From: a virus
DNA length: 62,648 nucleotides
Reading direction: 5' to 3' (one strand)
IMG/VR virus record: IMGVR_UViG_3300008988_000001
Under the pieces are notes generated by a model, which searched no databases, was not told the DNA's origin, and saw only the letters and a list, made by a program, of their open reading frames with translations. The translations under genes were made by a program, and so were the position numbers. Positions 9,321 to 18,700 of the stretch are shown here, one piece after another. Within the stretch, counting starts at the first letter, position 1; each line of letters starts with the position of its first letter.

Positions 9321-9384
9321 TTAAATGAACTTGACCGCCGCCAAAATCTATGACAGCCATTCCTCACTTGGGGGAGGCATTTGT

Positions 9385-10566
9385 ATGAAAGGTGGAATTT
9401 ATTCATCTGAAAAATGTCCTATATGCGGCGGTAGCTTTAAAGATAATTCAAGAACTGCATTGATCTGTCCTGATCATCCAGGGCAAAGAGCGACACATTT
9501 TATAGTAAAATTTGAAGATGTTTGGAAACGTTTTAAGTCTTATGATATGGCCTCACGGCTCCTTAACGGACTGAGGTTTAAGACTGACGAGGGCACATTC
9601 GACAACAGAGATTATAAAAAAGATAATCCTCTTGGGTTTCAGACTCAAATAGAATCATGGTTAAAAAAGAAGCAGGAAAAAGTTGTACCGAAAAACTTTA
9701 AAAATATCGAAAATTACGCCAGCAAAGCAATTTCATATTACGGCCAGAAGAACATCAAAGAAATAGACTATGCCGAACTTGAGGACTTCATGACCTCATT
9801 GACCGGTCTGTCATCAAAAACAAAATCAAATATCATAAACGCACTTTATAACTTTTGGGGATGGATGGTCAAAAGAAAGGTCATTAACCGTCAGCAGTTC
9901 CCCGATTTTCCCGACCGTTACGATTACGAGCTTGGATATCGGAGGATTGTTTCACGAGAGCAGCAGGCGGCAATTCTGGAAGAAATTAAGCGCCTGACGT
10001 ATCACATCAACCCCAAAATCTGGATAGGCTGTAAATTCCTATCGACGTACATTTCAATCCGCCCTGGGGAGCTCGTGGATCTTCAGGAGGGCAATATCGA
10101 CAAAGATGAAGGATGGCTTGTATTCCCGTTCCCAAAGGAAGATAAATATAAATCAGTGCCGATCACCAATGAGGATCGGGAAATATTGAAGACGTTCCCG
10201 CCGGCAACAAAACCGGATATGCCATTTTTCCGGCATACGAAGTACCATGGCCAGAAAGAAGGCACGCCGTTTGGCCAAAAGGTTTTTTACCGATGGTGGA
10301 AAGAAGCATGTAAGAACTTGGGGATTAATGACGTGGATCTGTACGGTGGGACGAAGCACAGCACGGCCAGGCACTTAGGAAAAACATTCTCTCCCGAGCA
10401 GGTAAAACGAGCCGCCATGATTTCAACAAATAAAGCTTTTGAGCGTTATTTTTCCGTGGAACCGAATGCAATCAGGTCAATTTATGAGCAGGCCCAGGGT
10501 GCAACTGGAATGCAACCGGAAAATAAGCCCCTGGAAAATGGCAAGGTATTAATATTTAAAGAGTAA
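9385..10566 (+). CDS. int: Tyrosine recombinase/integrase with an N-terminal zinc ribbon
   Basis: ISIRPGEL (Arg), KHSTARHLG (HxxR) and FERYFS (Tyr) near the C-terminus. N-terminal CPICGG...CPDH. GGGGGAGG RBS before the ATG at 9385; the ORF is open from 9325. Confidence 0.85.
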   Translation: MKGGIYSSEKCPICGGSFKDNSRTALICPDHPGQRATHFIVKFEDVWKRFKSYDMASRLLNGLRFKTDEGTFDNRDYKKDNPLGFQTQIESWLKKKQEKVVPKNFKNIENYASKAISYYGQKNIKEIDYAELEDFMTSLTGLSSKTKSNIINALYNFWGWMVKRKVINRQQFPDFPDRYDYELGYRRIVSREQQAAILEEIKRLTYHINPKIWIGCKFLSTYISIRPGELVDLQEGNIDKDEGWLVFPFPKEDKYKSVPITNEDREILKTFPPATKPDMPFFRHTKYHGQKEGTPFGQKVFYRWWKEACKNLGINDVDLYGGTKHSTARHLGKTFSPEQVKRAAMISTNKAFERYFSVEPNAIRSIYEQAQGATGMQPENKPLENGKVLIFKE

Positions 10567-10568
10567 GT

Positions 10569-10595
10569 TGGTCGGGGCGGCAGGATTTGAACCTG
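10569..10595 (-). other. attP core candidate: 3' end of a tRNA gene (T-loop, acceptor 3' strand and CCA). No full tRNA is present.
   Basis: The reverse complement reads CAGGTTCAAATCCTGCCGCCCCGACCA, i.e. T-arm GGTTCAAATCC, then acceptor strand, discriminator A and CCA. It lies 3 nt after the int stop. No D or anticodon arm lies beyond it. Confidence 0.55.
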
Positions 10596-10641
10596 AACCA
10601 CCTAAATAAATAGTAATGATTAAACAACCTTACATAACAAT

Positions 10642-10669
10642 AAAGTGCAACTGAAACCAAAGTGCAACT
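10642..10669. repeat. Two direct copies of AAAGTGCAACT, 17 bp apart (possible integrase arm-type sites)
   Basis: Exact 11-mers at 10642..10652 and 10659..10669, beside the attP core candidate. Confidence 0.3.
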
Positions 10670-10919
10670 ACCAGTATGGTTCTTTTTTCAAAAATTCATC
10701 GCTGGAGTTCGTGAACAGATTCTTTACAAGATAGCTCCCGCCGGCGCCAACGAATACAGAGCCTACCGATTTCAGCAACTCCACGTCCGGGACCGTGCCC
10801 AGCATCATGGCCGAAAACAAATAAGTGATCGCGGCTCCGAAAGCAATCCCCAGGCCCCGCCGAATATCTTTCCAATTCAGACTAAGGAAGCAACTTTTAA
10901 TCTGATTCATAGCATTCAA
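10668..10919 (-). CDS. Small two-TM membrane protein at the end of the lysis cassette (holin/antiholin-class candidate)
   Basis: 83-aa ORF with hydrophobic segments GLGIAFGAAITYLFSAMMLG and VGSVFVGAGGSYLV. It is the last gene of the minus-strand array. Confidence 0.45.
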   Translation of the reverse strand: MNAMNQIKSCFLSLNWKDIRRGLGIAFGAAITYLFSAMMLGTVPDVELLKSVGSVFVGAGGSYLVKNLFTNSSDEFLKKEPYW

Positions 10920-11439
10920 CCGTCCTTTCCAGCTTGAGCGTGTAATCGATCAACTCAAGATAGTTTGATACTATTTGTTTGACTGTCCAATGGTGGGATC
11001 GATCAGGACCGGCCTCGCTGGGGACGGGCAAAACTTCTCCGCTGGCTTTTGAACTACTATCTCCGGTTTCACCGCGGCGCAGCCCGTGAGAATTAAAATA
11101 ATAAGTAGCATCACTGATAATTTTTTCATCGTCTTCCTCCAGGATAACTTGGGTTTTAATCTGCTGAACCTCATAACGAATTTCCGCGGTCGTCGTCTGT
11201 ATCTGCTGCTGCGAGGCCTGCGCTTTCTTGGCCGCTGAGAGATTGGCCTTATAATCCTTGATTTGTCCCTGCAGGTCGGCGTTGGCTTTTGTCAGGGAAG
11301 TAATTTCGTTGGTCTTCTGGACGATAATAATTTCCTTGTCTTTGATCGTTCCCCGCTGCCAGAGATACAACCCTCCTACGACGGCAACAATTACCGCCAG
11401 CGCGCAAAGAATGAGATTTTTAGGGTTTAAGAACCACAT
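10897..11439 (-). CDS. Inner-membrane spanin (Rz-like)
   Basis: N-terminal TM ILCALAVIVAVVGGLYLW followed by a coiled-coil region. Lies directly downstream of the endolysin and contains an embedded lipoprotein ORF. Confidence 0.7.
   Translation of the reverse strand: MWFLNPKNLILCALAVIVAVVGGLYLWQRGTIKDKEIIIVQKTNEITSLTKANADLQGQIKDYKANLSAAKKAQASQQQIQTTTAEIRYEVQQIKTQVILEEDDEKIISDATYYFNSHGLRRGETGDSSSKASGEVLPVPSEAGPDRSHHWTVKQIVSNYLELIDYTLKLERTVECYESD
10971..11129 (-). CDS. Outer-membrane lipoprotein spanin (Rz1-like), fully embedded out of frame in the Rz-like gene
   Basis: MKKLSVMLLIILILTGCAAV has a signal peptide plus lipobox LTGC. The mature part is Pro-rich (CPSPARPVLIDP). Confidence 0.75.
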   Translation of the reverse strand: MKKLSVMLLIILILTGCAAVKPEIVVQKPAEKFCPSPARPVLIDPTIGQSNK

Positions 11440-11443
11440 ATTT

Positions 11444-11914
11444 TTATCCTATAATCTCTCCGCCAGCTTTTTGATAAACCAGGCGAAGGCTTTCAAGTTT
11501 GTTTTCATGTTGTCCATATCCGGCTCCAGGTAACGACGCCCATCGGCTTTTGCATTTACGCACGGACACATCGAATCGTCCGGCATCGACGTCCGCCAGC
11601 GCTCCACATTCTCGAATCATCTGTATGGCGATTTTATCCTGGCTGTCATGCCCGAAGTCCGGAAGATTCAGTTGCCTCTTATAGGCATCAAAATACTTGC
11701 CCAATACCTGATAACGGCCGGCTGCAGTCGAATAATCTTTCTTTCCGTTACGGATGAATTCGTCTTTTTTCTCATAAAGTTTAAAACGGGGGTGATCTGA
11801 ATAATCATGGAATAAAGTGCCTCCGACGATGACGTTATATCCGTTATCGCCTAAGCGGATTGTTCCCTCGCTCGTCGCTATCATGTCCAAAAATGCTTTT
11901 CTGTTCTGGTTCAT
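11444..11914 (-). CDS. Endolysin, lambda R-type lytic transglycosylase (GH104-like)
   Basis: NRKAFLDMIATSEGT, GYNVIVGG..F.DYSDHP, AAGRYQ and WASLPGAGYGQHE are collinear with the lambda R sequence as recalled. GGAGGG RBS before the ATG at 11914; the ORF is open to 11953. Confidence 0.9.
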   Translation of the reverse strand: MNQNRKAFLDMIATSEGTIRLGDNGYNVIVGGTLFHDYSDHPRFKLYEKKDEFIRNGKKDYSTAAGRYQVLGKYFDAYKRQLNLPDFGHDSQDKIAIQMIRECGALADVDAGRFDVSVRKCKSRWASLPGAGYGQHENKLESLRLVYQKAGGEIIG

Positions 11915-11915
11915 C

Positions 11916-12158
11916 CTACCCTCCAGCAACAATCTTTTTAATCCATCCGGCAATCCCGATTACCAGGACTGCAATTATCCCACCGATGAATGCAGTCAGA
12001 GTCACCTTCCCGATAATTGACTGGCAGCCTTCAACTCCTGATTTAAGGTTCTTGATGAATTGGTGATGTTGATAATGCTCTTCCCGGTCAATATAAAATG
12101 CTTCCATTTCCTCGCGCATTACTTCCCGCATAGCCTGTTTGATTTCATCTTGTCCCAT
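11916..12158 (-). CDS. Holin candidate (single C-terminal TM)
   Basis: 80-aa ORF immediately upstream of the endolysin. Charged N-terminus, then LTAFIGGIIAVLVIGIAGWI. Confidence 0.45.
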   Translation of the reverse strand: MGQDEIKQAMREVMREEMEAFYIDREEHYQHHQFIKNLKSGVEGCQSIIGKVTLTAFIGGIIAVLVIGIAGWIKKIVAGG

Positions 12159-12175
12159 CGACAGAACCCCCTTTT

Positions 12176-12619
12176 TTAGTTTCCGACCAGCTCCAAAACC
12201 AGCGTTGTTTTGCCGCTGTGGACGTCATTATTCGTGATGTTCACGGAGATATCGCCTGTAATGAGAGCGGGGATAGCGAACGCGCCGGGCCCGGCGGGAA
12301 TCCATGTTTTGCTTGAGGCGTCGATAAGATCAGCGCCCTTTCCGCCCAGGAGGTCAACGCCGTATTCGTCGGTAATCGTGCAATCGGTTGCATCGGTCGG
12401 TGCCGTGTCTGCGTCGGGGATTGCCTTGACTGAATTGAGCTTCAGTCCTCTGATATCGAAATAAAGCCCGTCTGCTGTAACGGCCAATGGATTGAGTACC
12501 GTTGCCGGAAATGATCCATTGGCTGCATCGCCTATGCAGGTTAAAACGAGTTTCGCAATCTGCGGACGGCCTTGCTGCGAGTGTATTCTTGTCAATACGC
12601 CTGTAATTGTTCCAGCCAT
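12176..12619 (-). CDS. Hypothetical virion protein
   Basis: 147-aa ORF with an AAAGGAGAA RBS. Lies between the terminator after the giant gene and the lysis cassette. Confidence 0.5.
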   Translation of the reverse strand: MAGTITGVLTRIHSQQGRPQIAKLVLTCIGDAANGSFPATVLNPLAVTADGLYFDIRGLKLNSVKAIPDADTAPTDATDCTITDEYGVDLLGGKGADLIDASSKTWIPAGPGAFAIPALITGDISVNITNNDVHSGKTTLVLELVGN

Positions 12620-12641
12620 GATTTATTCTCCTTTCGATAAT

Positions 12642-12682
12642 AAAAAAAGCCTAAGCGCCGGTTTCCCGGACAACTTAGGCTT
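12642..12682 (-). terminator. Rho-independent terminator downstream of the giant gene
   Basis: Minus-strand RNA: AGCCUAAG...CCGGGAAACCGG...CUUAGGCU, followed by UUUUUUU. Confidence 0.7.
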
Positions 12683-12753
12683 AAAGTCCCTTCAACTGTG
12701 AAGGCTGTCAGTACCTACTCACGACTGCATGATACAGCGTGTTCTATTTTTTT

Positions 12754-15700
12754 TCAATCTATTAAAATTGCCCGTTCCTTTTTTGAAGGCCGCTGCATTC
12801 TTTTTGCCTGATTCCTGAGGCTCTCCGAGGTTATGAACGTCTCACCCCTTATGCTTTTGACCTTATCGTTAAATTCCCGGACATCAGCCACGATCTTCCT
12901 GTATTCGTCTTTATCGCGGCCGCCAAGTATCCACGCCCGATATTTTTCATAAATGGCGTTTCTCATGTCTGCAAATTTCGCCTGTTCGCGGTGCCCTTCC
13001 CACGTTCTTTCGGACAAAACAGCTTGATTGGTGGACCTGAACCCCACTGCGCGCGCGGCCGTCTCTCCGGTGCCGGGAGCAAACGGCTTCCCTTTTTCAT
13101 CCCAAACCCTACGGCTATTTCGCGTTGAAACACCCTCTTCTCTTTCCCTCATGGCCCGGAGCGGATTTGCAAACCCTGAAGGAAGTAAATGCTCTGCCGC
13201 GCGCCCTGCATTCCCACGGCTAAGATTCTCCCCGGCTTCTTTTATTTCGGTTGCCACGCCGCCGATAGCGCCGGTCAGATCCATGAAGTTCTTCGGTACG
13301 CCCACCCCAATGGAAAGAGAGCCCGATATATCAATGCCGGCGGCTCCGGTAAGACCATGACGCCCGATCTTTTCAGCATCGGCGCCCAGGTGCTTCCTGA
13401 TTTCATCCCAAACCCACTTCTCCGGATCCCGATCTTCACCAAACAGGGCTTTCAGGATTACCCCGGCAAAACCGAAGATGGCATCTTTAAAGGGCAGCGC
13501 AGCGCCGCCGGCCAGGACCAGTGGAGACAAGAAGGCAAACATGGCCCCTTTGATATTGTGCTTCTTCAGGCCCATATCATAAAGCATCTGAAGGTAGTTG
13601 TGGCCGAACTTCTGATAGACGTAAATCATCTGCCCGAGCTTTGCCGCCGGATTTGCGCCCTGTGCCCACATGGGCATAGTGGACTTCCCATAAACACCGT
13701 GGGCCTTGTCAGTGGCATCCTTTGCCCTTTCAGCCGCTTCGACGTGTCCCAGTCCTGAGCGCCGCGCCAGCCGGTAGGCCGCAAGAACCGTCGTCCCACG
13801 ATTCCATCTTTCGGACTTTCCAAAAAGATACATGGAGCCATCCATCATGGATGACCATATTCGGGAATGAGCCTTAGATATCTCGCCCAGGGCCTCCCGC
13901 GTGTACTGTGCATCATCCCAGCCTTTTTTATGGACCTCATTCATAAATGATGCTTCATCCGGGTTGGAGAGTTTTCTTCCAGCCATCAGAGCCGCATAAT
14001 CTTTTCCGGCAATTCCGAGCTCGCGCAGGATCCCGAACATCGAGCCCTTGCCGCCCAGCGCATATTGATGAATCGCCGCCGGCGCTGTTGTAACAATAGC
14101 GGTCATATTTACCGTCAGGGAGCGGAGGTTAAAGCCGAGAAATTTGAATGTTGCAATAGATTTTGCCAGTCCGATAACCCGGTCTATCGGTTCGGCGTTC
14201 CGCAGCTGTTCTTCGATATAGTTCTGAGCGGTCTGAAATGCCTGCGGGTCTTTCACCGGATCGATACCGCCTATTTGCTTGCCTTCAAACTTCTCCCCGA
14301 GCAACTGCTTCATGGCCAGCCGTGCGACTCTCGCCTTTGAAATCCCCCCGGACAGGCTATTGATGTACTGAAGATGGCGTTGCATAGGATCTTCGATAAA
14401 TCCGCGTACAACTCCATTCCCGCGGTGAATCATGGTTGATCGGAATCCCCGGGCCTTGATTGCGTTCGATACTTCACGGAGAACTTCCTCATTGAATTTG
14501 ACTGTCAAATCATTTCTCAATTCACTTTTCTTGCTCAATTTTTCCAGGGCGGAATCAATCAGTTTCGCCGTGGCCACCGCGTTCACATCCTGATAAATGG
14601 TTTCCGGGATCCGCTCGACTTCTCCAACGTTGTAAATCGTCCATCCTTCCCGTTGCAGTTTGTTGGCCAGGCGGTGAGCGCCCAATTCTGAGCCTCTGTG
14701 CTCCCGGTAGTATTCCCGATTTTCTTTCATGGGTCCGTGTTCTTTATAAGCCTGAACCTTCCAGTTCCCGGATTCGCGCAGTCTCGGAGCGTAAAAGCCT
14801 TTCCACTCTTCCATTTGGGCAAGGGCGCCCTTGAGAGTTTGTTTCAGTTCGTTAAGATCGGGCGTCTCGCCCCTGAAATTGGCTTCCTCGATGAGCTCCT
14901 CGATCATGGTCCGTAACTGCTGGGTCTGTAAATCAAGGGCCTTATCGTAGGACTGCCGGTATAATTTCCATACTCTGATAGTATCCTCAGTTGAATTCTT
15001 CCGGATATGATCCTCAAAATCTTTTAATTGCTGATCGAGGGTCCGGGAAGTGTTCCGCTTCCATGACGTATCGCCTTCATCTATGATCTCCTGCAGGCGT
15101 TGATATTCCGGGGATACTTTGCCGGCCATCCGGTCCGCAAGAGACAAACCCTTATTCTTGAGCGCTTTGGCCGCCTCAACAACGGTGTCCTCGGGCGCGT
15201 CAATATCGTCGGCTGCATTTAGGTCATTAAAGGTTTCGTGATAAATCTCGTTACGATCACGTATGAACAGTTTAACGACATTCCTGATCTGCGGGTGACT
15301 AAACCATTCAGGCGACTTTAACATCGCTTCCCACCAGGTCATCTGTTTTGGATGGAGTTTGTTATTGATGGTCTGGATAAGCGCGGCCGTCTCGTCCTTC
15401 AGATACAGATTAAGGACTTTCGGGTCTTTGCTTACGGGCGGGTCTTGCTGGGCGCGGATGGAATACTGCTCACCCCGTTCAAGTTTTGCTTTCAACATTT
15501 TGGCTATTTTGCTTGTTGTCGCCGGATCATCTATTATTTCTTTATTTTCGGCATATCCTTCTTTAAATTGAAGCGTCCGGTCTGTTATGCCTTCCTTTTG
15601 CGCGAACCATTTTATCCACTGAGCCGGAGAGTTATGCGCTCCGTCAAAGTCATAGATAACGCCATCTATCCGCGCTCCGTAATGTTCAGCGTTATTAAGA

Positions 15701-18700
15701 TTGCTTGCCATACGCACCAGTTCACCGCGGCCCGTAGATTCGATAATAGCCCTGGCACACACAAGGCAACCACCATCAAAAGGACCAGCCCATATCGGTT
15801 TATGATTTAAGAGGATATCCCAAAATTTATCGTCCCTATAAACATTTCTAATGGCGTTGCCTATTTCGTCATGTTTGACTGAATATGCTTCGTCAGTCAG
15901 TGCGCTTTTATCTGTTGTTCTATTATAAACAGAACCACTTTTAATGTCTCTCGTAATTCCCTTGACCGTCCTAATTCCGAAAGCGTTCACCAGCTTATCA
16001 ATGAAGTCCTGAATCTTCGCAACGGTCCGGCCCAGTAAGCCCTTCGGTTCTTTGGTTAGTGCATCAGCAATGAAGTTTGCGCGATCTTCGGCGCCGCCGA
16101 TATCCTTTTTGTTGGCGGTTTTAAATTTTCCTTCTTCGGCAAGGTTCTTGATATGGCGCTGTAATAAATTGATTTCATTCTGGTTTAAAACGCCTATGTC
16201 TTCCATGAGATGGACAGACTCATGATGGAGTGCCCAGCGGTCGGCTGCACCGCGCACAAGTTTTATAACACCCGTGCCCAATTCTTTGTTATAGCCATAT
16301 CCGCCAGAGACAACTTCATCCTGTCCGAGATTTTTTCTCCCGTATCCGATGCTTAAATTCATTTCATTGATTGATATGTGATTGACCTCGGCAATGGTTA
16401 CTATCCTTCCATTATTTAAACCAATCATGAACCCGCCGGGTACTTCTCGGACTTCCTGTCCCTTGAAAGCATTCTGAACATCAGCCAGAGTGGGCATGGG
16501 AATGGTTTCGACCTGTTCTGCAGCCGCGTATTTCTCCTTGACAAGATCATAATCAAAGAGTATCTTTTTACCAGAGCCGAGTTTGGAGCCTCTCACTGTG
16601 GGCAATTGGAGCCCACTTGTCACGCTCCAAGCACGGCTTTTCCCTTTATTCATATACCGAAGCAAGCCGTCATTGATCCACTTTACGAATATACCATCAG
16701 AATCCTTCCCGTAGACACTCGCGATATCATTCACGACATTGCGCCCTAACTGCTTCGATAATCTAATCGCAGCGACGATGGTTTTACCGTCCTGCTGAAG
16801 TTCTGTCATAACAACAAGACTATCCGCTTCTGTGGCAGAATCAAATATCATAATGGGATCGTCAATATGCGCCGGTAACTGTTTCAATGTTTCAATTGAA
16901 ATACTATGTTTCCCTGATGCAACCTTTTCCACCGTTCCCTGTGTGATAACCAAGGGGAGTTGTTCGGCTCCAAGCCTTTCGAGGACTTCCGGAGTCCGGC
17001 CAATCGTAATTGGTTCCAAGCGGTTCGTGATTTTCCCGGCCGCAAAGTCGTCAAGTTGTTCGGAAAAAGACGCATTTTCCCGGATGGCATCCCTTTGTTT
17101 GACCGAATACATCTCCACGCCTTTGTCGGTTTCGCGTGTCTGTAATATTCCGATAAAATCATCAAAAGCCTTGTTGATTGCAATCCGTTCTTTCCCCTCT
17201 GGGTATGGCCGGGCCACAAAACCGTCAATCATCGGCAGAAATATTCCGCCGTGGGCATGGTAAACAAGAAAGTCACTCTGTCCGCCCTTCTCGGCTATTT
17301 TATCTTCAACATAGGCCGCAAACGCCCGCGCCGCCATTTCGTGTGGTTCGCTCCAATAATCTCCGGTTCTAGCCTGGTCCATTTTCTTTGCTTCGATGGC
17401 GTAATTGGTAGAGACTTTCTTTGTCTTTTCTGTCTTGTTGTTTGCATCATTCAGCATTTTCAACCTTGCCGAATAAGTATTCATCGCACCTCGAAGTTGG
17501 TCAAGACTCCCTGTTCTTTCAGAGTTAAACCCCTGCCGATTGCGCACGGACTTCATTATCGCGTTAATATTTTCAAGGGTGTCGTTTGTCCAGCGGTGAG
17601 CCGTTAGCCTGCCGTGGGTTGCCCTGCTCATTCCCGCCGGTCTTTGCATGGGCGTGTTTGCGCCTTCTGGATTATTGTACCTGAAACTCGTTTCCAAATC
17701 ACCGCCTTCAATAAGGATATTCGACAACCGGTCAAATTCGGAAAGCTGTTCCGCTGTTGCAGGCTTCCCGTATTTTGCCCATTTTTTATTATACTTTACC
17801 CAATCGGAATGATCCTCTTCGAGGCTCCGGCGGATTCCCTTTAATTCATTGGAAAGGTTCTCTCTGGCAGCTGATAAGAATCTGTCCGCAACTTTCGTAT
17901 CCTCAACGTACTGTTCAGCCTTTTTATACATTCCTTCCATTAATGATTTGTAGGACGCCTGCAGCTCAGGACGCAGCTTAGAGCGGATGCTTTCGCCGTG
18001 GCTTTGGAATGTATGGCTATCGGCTTGGCGTGGATATGTCAGATCACCGCGTTTATTTGCTGTTTTGTTTGACGTCGCCTTTGTGTCAATTCGGGCAAGA
18101 TAATGATCGAAGGAATGAAACCACTCGTGGGCCAGTGATCCCGCGCCCTTCATTTTTGTGAGGTTGATAACCCCATAGTCCGGTTCGTAATGCGCCTTTG
18201 CGCCCGAAAGCCCCTGTCCTCTGGCCCCGAAGGCAATAGCCATATCACCATTAAGCATCAATGCTTTTGGCGATACATTCAAAGCATCGGCAAGGTCAAG
18301 CAATCCATCGTAGGCATGATTCAAAACCTGTTGCCGTTCTTCCTGATTGTTCCAGTTGCCAAATTCGATAGCCCTGGGCGCGAATGTTTCATTGAATATT
18401 TCCGGCGTAGCGTCTGTCGTGCGTCGTTCAGCGCCTGTCCGTTTTGCTATTTCAGGAACAGGAAGTATCTCTTCCCCAAAGGTTGTTTTGATGTTCAGGA
18501 TTTCCTCGGCGTGTTCGGCCATGTGCTTCATGCCGTCCTCGCGGGAGGGGAATTCCTGATTGACGACCTTGAATAATTTCCGTTCGCCAACTTTTTTATA
18601 GATTGCCCACTGGCCTTTATTCTCCCTGCTTTCAAATACCCTATGGGACTGAGCCACGGCAAAAAGAGGGATTGCTTTTTCTGCCTCTTCCTGCGTCGAA

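Noticed and set aside
10569-10660. A complete tRNA gene next to the integrase
   Set aside because: Only the T-arm 3' portion, the acceptor 3' strand and CCA are present. The sequence beyond them (AACCACCTAAATAAATAG...) cannot form anticodon or D arms. I interpret it as an attP core rather than a tRNA gene.
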